A stretch of DNA of 64,000 nucleotides from an uncultured Gammaproteobacteria bacterium (GCA_964474805.1 CAYYTQ010000003.1:8343-72342), one strand, 5' to 3'; shown: positions 52,989-62,363, numbered from the stretch's first letter. The notes: a model not told the origin generated them from the letters alone. A program made the numbers and translations.

Positions 52989-53771
52989 TTAGGCATCCGG
53001 CCATGGCGTGATCAATTCGTAGCCGTCCTTGGTGACGACGACGCTGACCTCAAAATGCGCGCACGGGCTGCCATCAGCCGTCACGACGGTCCAACCGTCA
53101 CGCTTGGTGCGCACCTTCCAGGTCCCGAGGGTGATCATGGGCTCGATCGCGAGGACCATTCCTTCAAGAAGACGCTGGCGCGGCAAGAAGGTGTCCCGGA
53201 AGTTCGGGACGTTGGGCTCCTCGTGGACCGCATGGCCGACGCCGTGCCCAACGAGATCACGTACGATTCCATACCCTTTTAGCTTCACAAAGTCTTCGAC
53301 CGCCGCCCCGATATCATGAATCCAGCCCCCCGCCTTGATGGCGCCGATGCCTCGGACGAGCGCCTCGCGCGTGTCGGCGACCAGCTGGGCTTTTTTCTTA
53401 TCGAACGTCCCACCGGGGATCACGGTCGTCGCCATATCCGTCGCGAGCCCCTCAAACCACATGCCGATATCCAGACCGACCACATCCCCCGCCTGGATGA
53501 TGCGGTTCGGGTGCGGCAGGCCATGGACCACCTCCTCATTCAAGGACGTGCACAAGGCACCGTTGAACGGGGGATCGTCATCGGAAATGCGATACCCTAA
53601 AAACGAAGGCTTCGCCCCGATTTCGGCCATCCGCGCGCGCGCAAGGGCATCCAATTCGGCCGTGCCGACGCCAGGGACGCAGGCCTCGCGGACCTCCCGC
53701 AGGATGGCGGAAAGACGTTCGCCACCGCGCTTCAGCTTCTCGATTTCTGGTGGGGTTTTGGTGAGGGACAT
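52989..53771 (-). CDS. map: Methionine aminopeptidase, type I
   Basis: 260 aa with EVVHGLP, DVVGLDIGMWFEGLATD, GHGVGHAVHEEP and LAIEPM (metal ligands). Confidence 0.93.
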   Translation of the reverse strand: MSLTKTPPEIEKLKRGGERLSAILREVREACVPGVGTAELDALARARMAEIGAKPSFLGYRISDDDPPFNGALCTSLNEEVVHGLPHPNRIIQAGDVVGLDIGMWFEGLATDMATTVIPGGTFDKKKAQLVADTREALVRGIGAIKAGGWIHDIGAAVEDFVKLKGYGIVRDLVGHGVGHAVHEEPNVPNFRDTFLPRQRLLEGMVLAIEPMITLGTWKVRTKRDGWTVVTADGSPCAHFEVSVVVTKDGYELITPWPDA

Positions 53772-53823
53772 ACGAAGAGGCTACAGAATTTCACCTTCGT
53801 TTACAAGGCATTTCCTTCTCTTG

Positions 53824-54483
53824 CTAGGCAAACCCCAGCCGGCGCAGCTTTCCTTGGATCTCCCTCGCCAACGAATCGATTGCCTGGTCCGCCTTCACGG
53901 AAAGCAGCACCCCTTTTTGGCGATAGAACGATACGAGCGGTTCGGTCATGAAATGGTAGATGGCCTGGCGACTGTAAAACGCATTCGGCTGGTCGGTCGG
54001 ACGCCCTTGCAGGCCATATCCGCAATGCAGGCACGTCTCCAGGGGTCCTGGTGGGTTTGCGCGCAAATGGTACACGCTTTTGCACGACACGCATTCTCGC
54101 CGATCCTCGACGCGCTTCGCGGCTTCCGCGTCCCCCATCTTCAGGTGAAGGGCGACTTGGACCTTGGCGATCTTCTCGAGAGCGGCGGCCTGCTCGACAT
54201 TCCGCGGGTACCCTTCCAAGACGAACCCCTTCTCTTGCGTCGCAAAACGCTTTATTTTACGCAAAATAACCGCATTGACGAGGTCGTCAGGAACCAGCAT
54301 GCCTTGGTCAACGTATTCACGCACGAGTTTGCCGATCGCCGTCCCCTCGCGGATCTCCTCCTGGAGGAGATAGCCAGACGAAATCAGTGCCACGTCAAAC
54401 GCCGTCGCCAAACGCTCGGCCTGGGTTCGCTTCCCCGCCCCATGGGGGCCGAAAAAGACGGCGCGGAGGCGCTTGCGGGGCAT
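53824..54483 (-). CDS. adk: Adenylate kinase (zinc-lid type)
   Basis: The track ORF runs to 54564. ATG at 54483 gives MPRKRLRAVFFGPHGAGKRTQAERLA (P-loop). Also GFVLEGYPRNVEQA and the lid cysteines CVSCKSVYH...CLHCG. Confidence 0.88.
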   Translation of the reverse strand: MPRKRLRAVFFGPHGAGKRTQAERLATAFDVALISSGYLLQEEIREGTAIGKLVREYVDQGMLVPDDLVNAVILRKIKRFATQEKGFVLEGYPRNVEQAAALEKIAKVQVALHLKMGDAEAAKRVEDRRECVSCKSVYHLRANPPGPLETCLHCGYGLQGRPTDQPNAFYSRQAIYHFMTEPLVSFYRQKGVLLSVKADQAIDSLAREIQGKLRRLGFA

Positions 54484-54564
54484 AATGAGAGGGAGGGTAA
54501 CACCCAAAAAACGAAATAGCAAAGGACCACGCCACCTATTTCCTATCCTAGGTCGATTTGTCAA

Positions 54565-54594
54565 CCATAAAACCGCCCTCAGGCGGTTTTATGG
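54565..54594 (-). other. Perfect 13-bp hairpin abutting the secY stop codon (terminator/attenuator or processing site)
   Basis: CCATAAAACCGCC (54565-77) pairs with GGCGGTTTTATGG (54582-94) around the loop CTCA. On the minus strand it is followed by TTGACA rather than a long U-tract. Confidence 0.4.
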
Positions 54595-55902
54595 TTAGTA
54601 CGCGTCGTACTGCCGCATCGTGACCTGCCCTTCGATCTGCTTCACCGACTCGATCACCACGGAAACCACGATGAGGAGCGACGTCCCACCGAGGGCCAAG
54701 ACCGTCGTGCCCGTGAACGCTTGCGCGATCAGCGGCATGACGGCGACGACACCCAGGAAGAGCGCGCCGCCCAAGGTGATCCGTTCGATCACGTGGTTGA
54801 GGTATTCGGCCGTCGGCTTGCCCGGACGCACGCCAGGCACGAAGGCCCCCTGCTTTTGCAGGTTTTCGGCGATCTTTTCCGGCTGGAAGACGATCGAGGT
54901 GTAGAAATACGTGAACCCGACCGTGAGGAGCAGGTACAGGATCCCATACACCCATTGGTTCTGCAGGGTCGCAATCACCCACCGCGCACCGTTCGCGATC
55001 CAGGCGGTGCGCACACCGACCAGGAATTGCGCGACGAGCGTGGGGAACAGGAGCAGCGAGATCGCGAAGATGATCGGGATCACGCCCACCATGTTGATGC
55101 GCAGCGGCAAGGTCGACGCGGCGCTGGCGCCACGGACCTGACGGGCATACTGCACGGGGACGTTACGTTGGCCTTCGGTGATGAAGACCACGCCCACGAT
55201 CATGGCGACCGCGGCCGCCCCGTAGAGGGCGATCACGAGCCAGTCGCGCGAACCGCCCGAGAACGTCGCCGTAAACTGCGACAGGCTGGTGGGCAGGTCC
55301 GCAAGAATGCCAGCAGCGATGAGGAGCGACATGCCATTCCCGACCTTCTTTTCCTGGATGAGCTCACCGAGCCACACCAGGAACATCGTTCCCGCCGTGA
55401 CCGTCGCAATGATCATGATCAGGTGCAACGGGCCACGTTCGGTCAGGATCGGCACGGTCGACTGGCGCATGAGCGCGATAATCCCAAAAGATTGGATGAT
55501 CGCGAACGGCACCGTCAGATACCGCGTCCATTGGTTGATCCGGCGTCGGCCGGCCTCACCGTCTTTTTGGATCTCTTCGATCTTCGGAAAGATCATCCCG
55601 AGCAGCTGGACGATGATCGACGCCGTAATGTACGGCGCGACCCCCATCGCGACGATGCTGAACGTGCGCATCGTGCCGCCCGCAAAGAGGTTGAGGAGAC
55701 CGAGGGCGCGGTTGCCTTCGATGAAGGCTTGCAGCGCCACCAGGTCGATGCCCGGCAGCGGAATGTTGGCGGCGAGACGGAAGACGATCATCATCGCGAA
55801 CGCGAAGAGGAGGCCGTTCCGCACCTCGCGCACGCGCCAGGCTTGGAGGAGTTTATCCCACATAGGAAGCAATATGGCGCGCCCGAAAGCGCGCCATAAC
55901 AA
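54595..55902 (-). CDS. secY: Preprotein translocase subunit SecY
   Basis: 435 aa with 10 TM helices and IPLPGID, LFAGGTMRTFSIVAMGVAPYITASII and GFVPGVRPGKPTAEYL. Confidence 0.95.
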   Translation of the reverse strand: MLWRAFGRAILLPMWDKLLQAWRVREVRNGLLFAFAMMIVFRLAANIPLPGIDLVALQAFIEGNRALGLLNLFAGGTMRTFSIVAMGVAPYITASIIVQLLGMIFPKIEEIQKDGEAGRRRINQWTRYLTVPFAIIQSFGIIALMRQSTVPILTERGPLHLIMIIATVTAGTMFLVWLGELIQEKKVGNGMSLLIAAGILADLPTSLSQFTATFSGGSRDWLVIALYGAAAVAMIVGVVFITEGQRNVPVQYARQVRGASAASTLPLRINMVGVIPIIFAISLLLFPTLVAQFLVGVRTAWIANGARWVIATLQNQWVYGILYLLLTVGFTYFYTSIVFQPEKIAENLQKQGAFVPGVRPGKPTAEYLNHVIERITLGGALFLGVVAVMPLIAQAFTGTTVLALGGTSLLIVVSVVIESVKQIEGQVTMRQYDAY

Positions 55903-55907
55903 CGGGG

Positions 55908-56390
55908 TTAAGACGTTTTCTTAGACGCCTTTTGGGACGCCTTCTTCTTCGACATCACCACCGAGCCGCCGATCTTCTCGATCGCGGCCTTGGCACCGGC
56001 GCTCACGGGAAGGTCACGGATGGTGAGCTTCTTGGTGAGGCCTTCGCCGCCGACGATCTTGACCGAGCGGTGCGTGCGCAACACGAGTCCGGCGCGGCGC
56101 AACGAGTCTATCGTTACGACCGAACCGTCCGTCAGGCGCTCCAATTGGGCCAACGTCAAGGTACAGGCCTTGTCGTAGCGGCTCTGGAACCCGCGGACCT
56201 TCGGGAAGGCGAGCAGCATCTGCTTCAACCCCTTGAGGCGAAGCTTGTTGCGGCCACCCGAACGGGCGCGCTGGCCCTTGGTGCCGCGGCCCGCGGTCGT
56301 TCCGCGGCCCGAACCGTTCCCACGGCCCACGCGGAAGGCTTTTTCACGCGCGCCGTCTTGCGGGGCGAGCGTGTGCATCATGAGAGACAT
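55908..56390 (-). CDS. rplO: 50S ribosomal protein L15
   Basis: 160 aa with RVGRGNGSGRGTTAGRGTKGQRARSGG. It sits between rpsE and secY. Confidence 0.93.
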   Translation of the reverse strand: MSLMMHTLAPQDGAREKAFRVGRGNGSGRGTTAGRGTKGQRARSGGRNKLRLKGLKQMLLAFPKVRGFQSRYDKACTLTLAQLERLTDGSVVTIDSLRRAGLVLRTHRSVKIVGGEGLTKKLTIRDLPVSAGAKAAIEKIGGSVVMSKKKASQKASKKTS

Positions 56391-56399
56391 AGGGAAGGA

Positions 56400-57152
56400 T
56401 TAGGCAGCGGTGCGCGTGCCTTGCGCCCCCTCTTCGGACGTCTTCTTGCCCGCAGGGGCGCGAAGCATCTTGAGGGCGAGCATGGTCGCTTTCACGTTGT
56501 TAGACTTATTGCTGGAACCGAGCATCTTCGAGACGATGTTCTGCACGCCGGCGAGCTCGAGCACCGGGCGGATGGCACCGCCGGACTTGACGCCCGTCCC
56601 TTTCGGGGCCGGCTTCAAGATGACGCGCGCCGCGCGGAACTTGGCTTCGACCACGTGCGGGATCGTGCCGTTGATGAGGGGGACCGTGACGAGGGCCTTG
56701 CGGGCCTGGGCCGTGGACTTGGCCGTCGCACCCGCGACGTCCACGCCCTTGGCGAGCCCGAACCCGACACGGCCCTTCTGGTTGCCGATCACGGACAGGA
56801 CACGGAAGCGCATGCGCTTGCCGCCCTTGGTGACACGCGTGACGCGGGCGACCTCGAGGTTCTTCTCGATGTAGTCGGCCTCAGCGGGCACGTCGCCGTC
56901 ACGGCGGGGACCGCGGCCATCACGGCCACGACCACCCATGCCGCCACGACCCATGCCGCCGCGGCCACCCTGGCCACCGCGACCACCCATGCCGCCGCGG
57001 CCACCCATGGGGCCACGACCTCCCGCTCCCGTGCCTGGATGATTCGCCATAATGAACCCCGGCCGGGCGACCGGCGTCGCAGGCTTGGCTGGCGTCGCTT
57101 CAGGCGTCGCGGCCGCGGTTTCTGGCGTTCCTGGTTGGATCACATCAGACAT
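56400..57152 (-). CDS. rpsE: 30S ribosomal protein S5 with long N-terminal low-complexity (RGG-rich) extension
   Basis: The core reads VARVTRVTKGGKRMRFRVLSVIGNQKGRVGFGLAKG...GTGVKSGGAIRPVLELAGV. ATG at 57152 lies 1 nt after the L18 stop. An alternative ATG at 57050 (MANHPG) would shorten the extension. Confidence 0.9.
   Translation of the reverse strand: MSDVIQPGTPETAAATPEATPAKPATPVARPGFIMANHPGTGAGGRGPMGGRGGMGGRGGQGGRGGMGRGGMGGRGRDGRGPRRDGDVPAEADYIEKNLEVARVTRVTKGGKRMRFRVLSVIGNQKGRVGFGLAKGVDVAGATAKSTAQARKALVTVPLINGTIPHVVEAKFRAARVILKPAPKGTGVKSGGAIRPVLELAGVQNIVSKMLGSSNKSNNVKATMLALKMLRAPAGKKTSEEGAQGTRTAA
56925..57010 (-). repeat. Imperfect in-frame tandem DNA repeat encoding (G-G-R-G-G-M)n in the S5 extension
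   Basis: The + strand shows reiterated ACCACCCATGCCGCC[A/G]CG[A/G]CC-like units across ~56925-57010. They translate as GGRGGMGGRGGQGGRGGMGRGGMGGRG. Confidence 0.5.
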
Positions 57153-57153
57153 A

Positions 57154-57513
57154 TTAGAAGGAGAGACCGCCTTCACGGGCGCCTTCGGCGACCGCGCGAA
57201 CGCGACCATGATATTTCTTATCGCGACGGTCGAAGACGACCGCCGTCACGCCTTTGGCCTTCGCCTGTTCGGCGATGAGCTTCCCGAGGGCCTGCGCCTT
57301 TTCCATTTTCTTGGCCTTGGCGAGGCTTTCCGGAAGGTTGGCGTCGGTCGCGGCGACGATGGTCTTGCCGGCCACGTCGTCGATCACCTGGACCGAGATA
57401 TGCTTCAAGCTGCGCACCACGCAGAGGCGCGGGCGCTCAGCCGTTCCGCTCACCTTGGCACGCACGCGCGCGAGGCGGCGGGCGGCTTGGGTGGCACGAG
57501 AAAACGTAGACAT
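57154..57513 (-). CDS. rplR: 50S ribosomal protein L18
   Basis: 119 aa with [20 protein letters not shown] and [17 protein letters not shown]. Confidence 0.93.
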   Translation of the reverse strand: MSTFSRATQAARRLARVRAKVSGTAERPRLCVVRSLKHISVQVIDDVAGKTIVAATDANLPESLAKAKKMEKAQALGKLIAEQAKAKGVTAVVFDRRDKKYHGRVRAVAEGAREGGLSF

Positions 57514-57521
57514 ATCAGAGG

Positions 57522-58067
57522 TTAGGCTTTCGCCGTCTTACCTGCTTTGCGGCGGATGGTCTCATCCGTGTACTTAATCCCCTTCCCCTTGTAGGGCTCC
57601 GGCGGGCGGACGCGGCGGATGCGCGCGGCCGTCTCTCCCACCAGGTACTTGTCGATGCCCGTGAGGGTCAGGATCTGCTTCTCGGCCTTGGCGTCGATCC
57701 CTTCCGGGAGCTCGAACGGGACGCGGTGCGAGAACCCGACATCCATCATCACCTTGCGTCCTTCGACGGCGACCTTGTAGCCGACGCCGACGAACTCGAG
57801 GGATTTTTCGAACGGCTTCTGCACGCCGTCGACGGCGTTCTGCAGGAGCTGGCGGAAGAGGCCCCAGAGGGCGCGGTCATCCACCTTGTTCTCGTCGCGC
57901 ACGGCGACGGTGAGGGCCTTCGGGTCGGCCTGGGTGGCGACCGTGACCCCGTCCGCGAGGCGGACGGCGAGCGTCCCCTTCGGCCCCTTGATCGTGACGG
58001 CCCCGTCGGCCACCGTGCCTTCCACCCCAGAAGGGAGAAGGACGGGTTTCTTTCCGATACGAGACAT
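57522..58067 (-). CDS. rplF: 50S ribosomal protein L6
   Basis: ATG at 58067 gives [19 protein letters not shown]. Also VGVGYKV and PEPYKGKGI. Confidence 0.93.
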   Translation of the reverse strand: MSRIGKKPVLLPSGVEGTVADGAVTIKGPKGTLAVRLADGVTVATQADPKALTVAVRDENKVDDRALWGLFRQLLQNAVDGVQKPFEKSLEFVGVGYKVAVEGRKVMMDVGFSHRVPFELPEGIDAKAEKQILTLTGIDKYLVGETAARIRRVRPPEPYKGKGIKYTDETIRRKAGKTAKA

Positions 58068-58072
58068 AGGGC

Positions 58073-58465
58073 TTAGAAGACTTCGCAAATGATCTCCCCG
58101 CCGAGCTTGCGGCGGCGAGCCTCTTTATTGGTCATCAGCCCGACCGAGGTCGAGACGATGGAAATGCCTTGTCCGGAGAGGACCGAGACGAGGTCGGAAT
58201 ACTTGCTGTAGATGCGGCGGCCCGGATGGGACACGCGGCGGATCGAGCGGATCGCCGGCACCTTGCCCGTGTACTTGAGCGTCACCGTCAGGGTCTTTTT
58301 CCCCTCTTCGGTCTGCTCGCTGGCGCTTTCGAGGAACCCCTCGCGAACGAGGATATCCGCGATGGCGCGCTTGATCTTCGAACCCGGCGCGGAGGTCGTC
58401 TCATGGTGAGCGGCCTGGGCATTGCGGATGCGGGTCAGGAAGTCGCTGATTGGATCGGTAAACAT
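58073..58465 (-). CDS. rpsH: 30S ribosomal protein S8
   Basis: 130 aa with DPISDFLTRIRNA and GGEIICEV. Confidence 0.93.
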   Translation of the reverse strand: MFTDPISDFLTRIRNAQAAHHETTSAPGSKIKRAIADILVREGFLESASEQTEEGKKTLTVTLKYTGKVPAIRSIRRVSHPGRRIYSKYSDLVSVLSGQGISIVSTSVGLMTNKEARRRKLGGEIICEVF

Positions 58466-58477
58466 ACGTGGAGATTC

Positions 58478-58663
58478 TTACCAGCTGGACTTCGTGACAC
58501 CCGGGATCTCGCCCCGGTTTGCCAGTTCGCGGAAGCAGATACGGCAAAGCTTGAAGAAGCGGATATAGCCGTGTTTGCGCCCGCAGCGCCAGCAGCGGTT
58601 CACCGTACGCGTCGAGAACTTCGGCGTGCGGTTGGATTTGGCGATTTGATTCTGAGTAGCCAT
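58478..58663 (-). CDS. rpsZ: 30S ribosomal protein S14, type Z (zinc-binding)
   Basis: 61 aa with [24 protein letters not shown] (CxxC...CxxC). Confidence 0.93.
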   Translation of the reverse strand: MATQNQIAKSNRTPKFSTRTVNRCWRCGRKHGYIRFFKLCRICFRELANRGEIPGVTKSSW

Positions 58664-58673
58664 AAGGGGGGAT

Positions 58674-59213
58674 TTAGGCGTTCAGGAAGGGAAAGCCCAG
58701 GCCTTCGAGCAGGAGCTTGCCTTGCTTACGGTCGCCGGCGGTGGTTGCCACCGTGACCTGGAGGCCGTGGATACGTTCGACTTCATCGGAACGGATTTCC
58801 GGGAACGCGATGTGCTCGCGGAACCCGAAGGAGGCGTTCCCCATCGCGTCGATGACCTTGGGCGAGACGCCACGGAAGTCACGGATGCGCGGGAAGGTCA
58901 CCTGCGTGAGGCGCGTGAGGAAATCCCACATGCGCTGGCCACGCAAGGTCACCATCATGCCAACGACCATGCCCTGGCGGACCTTGAAGTTGGAGATGGC
59001 TTTCTTGGCTTTCGTCTTGACCGGCTTCTGGCCCGTGATGCGGATGAGCGTCTGCTCCACCGTCTCGAGCACCTTGGGATCCTTGAGGCCCTGGGACAAG
59101 CCGACCGACACCACAACCTTCGTCACTTTCGGGACGGCGTTGGGGTTGGCGATGCCGAGCTCTTTCTTGAGCGCGGGCACCACCTCATTTTGGTAGCGTT
59201 CTTTGAGCGTCAT
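58674..59213 (-). CDS. rplE: 50S ribosomal protein L5
   Basis: 179 aa with [18 protein letters not shown] and [16 protein letters not shown]. Confidence 0.93.
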   Translation of the reverse strand: MTLKERYQNEVVPALKKELGIANPNAVPKVTKVVVSVGLSQGLKDPKVLETVEQTLIRITGQKPVKTKAKKAISNFKVRQGMVVGMMVTLRGQRMWDFLTRLTQVTFPRIRDFRGVSPKVIDAMGNASFGFREHIAFPEIRSDEVERIHGLQVTVATTAGDRKQGKLLLEGLGFPFLNA

Positions 59214-59216
59214 AGG

Positions 59217-59489
59217 TTACTTGGTGCGCTTGGAGTGGCGCATGGGCTTGCCGTCGGAACCGACGAGCTGGACGTTGGAGGCGTCGATAGGCATCGCGAA
59301 CGAGACCTTCTGCCCGGCCTGGCCTTGCTGGCCGCCGCGGGCCTTGAGGTGACGCGTCCGGACATTGACCCCTTCGACGACGACCTTGCCGAGCCGCGGG
59401 AAGACCTGGGTGACCTTGGCCTTCGTCCCTTTCGCGGAACCGGCGATGACGATCACCTCGTCACCGCTCTTGATCTGGATGGTAGCCAT
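59217..59489 (-). CDS. rplX: 50S ribosomal protein L24
   Basis: 90 aa with a KOW motif (IKSGDEVIVIAGSAKGTKAKV). Confidence 0.9.
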   Translation of the reverse strand: MATIQIKSGDEVIVIAGSAKGTKAKVTQVFPRLGKVVVEGVNVRTRHLKARGGQQGQAGQKVSFAMPIDASNVQLVGSDGKPMRHSKRTK

Positions 59490-59493
59490 AGGA

Positions 59494-59865
59494 TTACAGG
59501 ACCTCGGGCGCGAGGGAGATGATCTTGCCGTAGCCGCGCGTGCGGAGCTCGCGAGCGACCGGGCCGAAGATGCGGGTCCCCTTCGGTTCCTTGGACTTCT
59601 TATCGATGATCACAGCGGCGTTCTCATCGAAACGGATGTAGGAACCGTCAGGACGGCGCGTTTCCTTGCGGGAACGGACCAGGACCGCGTAAACGATGTC
59701 GGACTTCTTGACGGCGCCACGGGGCGCAGCTTCCTTCACCACACAGGTGACGAGGTCGCCGAGCACGCCGTAACGCTTCTTGTAGCCGCCGTTGACGTGG
59801 ATACACTGCAGGAGCTTGGCTCCGCTGTTATCTGCCACGGCGAGCATGGAACGGTGTTGAACCAT
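59494..59865 (-). CDS. rplN: 50S ribosomal protein L14
   Basis: ATG at 59865 gives [24 protein letters not shown]. The track ORF extension to 59934 overlaps rpsQ. Confidence 0.93.
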   Translation of the reverse strand: MVQHRSMLAVADNSGAKLLQCIHVNGGYKKRYGVLGDLVTCVVKEAAPRGAVKKSDIVYAVLVRSRKETRRPDGSYIRFDENAAVIIDKKSKEPKGTRIFGPVARELRTRGYGKIISLAPEVL

Positions 59866-59873
59866 ACGGATGC

Positions 59874-60131
59874 TTAGGCCGCCTTGATCATCGCGATCAC
59901 GCGCCAGCACTTGTGGCGGCTGATCGGACGGCACTCCTCGAATTCGACCAGGTCGCCCACGTGGGCGAGGTGTTCGGGATCATGTGCCATGAATTTCTTA
60001 GAGACGGTGAAGTACTTGCCGTACTTCTCATCGGCCACGCGGCGATCCACGCGCACGACGGCCGTATCTTTCATCGCGGTGGACGTGACGACGCCCTGCA
60101 AGCGACGACGAGCTGGTTGTTGGGTCGACAT
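59874..60131 (-). CDS. rpsQ: 30S ribosomal protein S17
   Basis: 85 aa with [30 protein letters not shown] and [16 protein letters not shown]. Confidence 0.92.
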   Translation of the reverse strand: MSTQQPARRRLQGVVTSTAMKDTAVVRVDRRVADEKYGKYFTVSKKFMAHDPEHLAHVGDLVEFEECRPISRHKCWRVIAMIKAA

Positions 60132-60140
60132 ACGAGAGGA

Positions 60141-60335
60141 TTAAGCCTGTGGCTTCGACGCGCGAAGGACGGTCTTCACCCGGGCGAGGTCGCGCTTCAT
60201 GGCGCCGACTTCGGAGACCTTGGTCAGTTGGCGGGTCACCAGGCTAAACCGGGCGGCGCGCAACTTGGCTTCGAGCTCCTGGGCGAGGGTGGTCAATTCT
60301 TCGTTCGTCTTTTGTTTGAGGTCTTTCGCAAGCAT
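60141..60335 (-). CDS. rpmC: 50S ribosomal protein L29
   Basis: 64 aa with LKQKTNEELTTLAQELEAKLRAARF. It sits between rplP and rpsQ. Confidence 0.9.
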   Translation of the reverse strand: MLAKDLKQKTNEELTTLAQELEAKLRAARFSLVTRQLTKVSEVGAMKRDLARVKTVLRASKPQA

Positions 60336-60339
60336 AGGA

Positions 60340-60750
60340 TTAGCGGCTTACGAACTTACATTTCGTGCAGATCTTGTAGGCGGCGGCTTCGAGGGCAGTC
60401 TTGGCGGAGGCGGCTGGGATGCCGTCCATCTCGAAGAGGATCGTGCCCGGGCGGACGACGGCGACGAAGTGGTCGACCGCACCCTTCCCGGCACCCATGC
60501 CCACCTCGTTGCCCTTCTGCGTGATCGGCCGGTCCGGGAAGACGCGGATCCAGATCTTGCCTCCGCGCTTGATGTAGCGCGTGAGCACGCGGCGGGCGGA
60601 CTCGATCTGCTGGCTGGAGATCCAGCCGGAACCGAGCGACTTGAGGCCGAAGCTGCCGAAGGCGAGCTCGATCTTGTCGGTGGCGTTGTGCCCCGAGGGG
60701 AAGACGCCCTTGTGGGCCTTCCGGTACTTGACTTTCTTAGGGATCAACAT
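60340..60750 (-). CDS. rplP: 50S ribosomal protein L16
   Basis: 136 aa with MLIPKKVKYRKAHKG and GGKIWIRVFPD. Confidence 0.93.
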   Translation of the reverse strand: MLIPKKVKYRKAHKGVFPSGHNATDKIELAFGSFGLKSLGSGWISSQQIESARRVLTRYIKRGGKIWIRVFPDRPITQKGNEVGMGAGKGAVDHFVAVVRPGTILFEMDGIPAASAKTALEAAAYKICTKCKFVSR

Positions 60751-60756
60751 ACGAGG

Positions 60757-61572
60757 TTAGGCGGCGGCGGATTGAGGAGCCGGGCCGCGCGGGGCGCCCA
60801 TCGGGCGGCCACCGAACGACGGACGGCCATCACGGCGCGGACCGCGGCCGGCATCGCGGCCACCTTCACGGCGGTCGCTGCGGGCGCGTTCAGGCGTGGT
60901 CGGCTGGTACTGCGTGAGACGATCCTTGTCGAACACGTCGCCACGGTAGATCCAGACTTTGACACCGATGCTGCCGGCCATCGTCTGGGCGAAGGTCTGG
61001 CTGTAGTCGATGTCGGCGCGGAGGTTGGTGAGCGGGATCTTGCCCCAGCCCAGCCACTCGCGGCGCGCGATTTCGGCGCCGTTGAGGCGGCCGGACACGG
61101 CGATTTTCACGCCGAGGGCCCCGGCCTTCTTGACGCGCTCGATGGTCATCTTGAGGACGCGGCGGAACTGCATGCGGCGCTCGAGGTCGGCCACCACCCC
61201 TTGGGCGACGAGGGCCGCTTCGAGGGACGGTTTCATGATCTCCTGCACCGAGAGGTGGAGCTGGACGGACTTCGCCTTCATGGGGAAGAACGTCTTCATC
61301 AGCTTCTTCTTGAGGTCCTCGATGCCGGTGCCCGAGCGACCGATCACGAGACCCGGCTTGGCCGAGTGGACCGTGATGCGGATGACGCCGCGGGAGCGCT
61401 CGATATCGATGCGCTTGACGGCCGAATCCTTGAGGGCTTTGGCGAGGAACTCGCGCATTTCGAGGTCCTGGCGGAGCTGCGTGGCGAACGCGTCCTTACG
61501 CGCGAACCAGCGGGACGGCCAGGTGGTCGTCGTTCCGAGACGGAAGACGACGGGATGAACTTTGTGACCCAT
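60757..61572 (-). CDS. rpsC: 30S ribosomal protein S3 (with Arg/Gly/Pro-rich C-terminal tail)
   Basis: 271 aa with MGHKVHPVVFRLG, a KH domain and GRLNGAEIAR. The C-terminal ~50 aa read RSDRREGGRDAGRGPRRDGRPSFGGRPMGAPRGPAPQSAAA. Confidence 0.93.
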   Translation of the reverse strand: MGHKVHPVVFRLGTTTTWPSRWFARKDAFATQLRQDLEMREFLAKALKDSAVKRIDIERSRGVIRITVHSAKPGLVIGRSGTGIEDLKKKLMKTFFPMKAKSVQLHLSVQEIMKPSLEAALVAQGVVADLERRMQFRRVLKMTIERVKKAGALGVKIAVSGRLNGAEIARREWLGWGKIPLTNLRADIDYSQTFAQTMAGSIGVKVWIYRGDVFDKDRLTQYQPTTPERARSDRREGGRDAGRGPRRDGRPSFGGRPMGAPRGPAPQSAAA

Positions 61573-61577
61573 AGGGA

Positions 61578-62039
61578 TTAGGCGTCAGGAGAAGTGGCGG
61601 CCTTCGCCTTAGCGGCGGGGGCCTTCTTGGCCGGGGCGCGCTTTTTCGGCGCGGCCGGGGCCGGTTCGACGGGCTTGGCGGTGGCCGGAGCCTTGGTCGC
61701 GGCCTCGCCCTTGGGGGCGAGGACGATCGTCACGTGGGTCGTCCGCTTGCGGATCGGCGCCGCGCGGCCTTGGGCCCGCGGGCGGAAGCGCTTCTGCGTC
61801 GGACCGCCGTCGGCGACGATGGTCTTGATGTACAGGGATTCTTTGGCGATCTTGAAGTTATGCTCGGCATTGGCCATGGCGGAACGCAGGAGCTTGAGCA
61901 CCGGTTCGGCCGCGCCCTTGTCGAGGAAGGAGAGGCGCGTTTCGGCGGCGCGGGCATTCATGCCGCGGACCGCGTCGACGACGAGCCGCACCTTCCGCGG
62001 CGACATGCGGAGGTAACGGAGAGAGGCGTGGACATCCAT
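61578..62039 (-). CDS. rplV: 50S ribosomal protein L22 (with Ala/Lys/Pro-rich C-terminal tail)
   Basis: 153 aa with LRYLRMSPRKVRLVVDAVRG and RFRPRAQGRAAPIRKRTTHVTIVL. The tail reads APKGEAATKAPATAKPVEPAPAAPKKRAPAKKAPAAKAKAATSPDA. Confidence 0.92.
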   Translation of the reverse strand: MDVHASLRYLRMSPRKVRLVVDAVRGMNARAAETRLSFLDKGAAEPVLKLLRSAMANAEHNFKIAKESLYIKTIVADGGPTQKRFRPRAQGRAAPIRKRTTHVTIVLAPKGEAATKAPATAKPVEPAPAAPKKRAPAKKAPAAKAKAATSPDA

Positions 62040-62042
62040 ACG

Positions 62043-62360
62043 TTATTTCTTGGGCGCCGAGGCAGCCGTGGCCGTGGCCTTGGCGGCGTCGATCGCCTTC
62101 GTGAGCTTGCCACCATGGCGCGAGAACGTGCGGGTCGGCGCGAATTCGCCAAGCTTGTGCCCCACCATGTTCTCGACCACGAGGACGTTCTTGAACTTGT
62201 TGCCGGTGTGGACCGCGAAGGTCATCCCCACCATTTCTGGGGTGATGGTCGAGGCACGCGACCAGGTCTTGATCACGGCCTTGCTGTTCGGGCCGGCCTT
62301 CTGCACCTTGGCCAAGAGCTTGGCGTCGGTGAAGGGGCCTTTCTTGAGGCTGCGGGACAT
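62043..62360 (-). CDS. rpsS: 30S ribosomal protein S19
   Basis: 105 aa with [12 protein letters not shown] and [13 protein letters not shown]. Confidence 0.93.
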   Translation of the reverse strand: MSRSLKKGPFTDAKLLAKVQKAGPNSKAVIKTWSRASTITPEMVGMTFAVHTGNKFKNVLVVENMVGHKLGEFAPTRTFSRHGGKLTKAIDAAKATATAASAPKK

Positions 62361-62363
62361 AAG

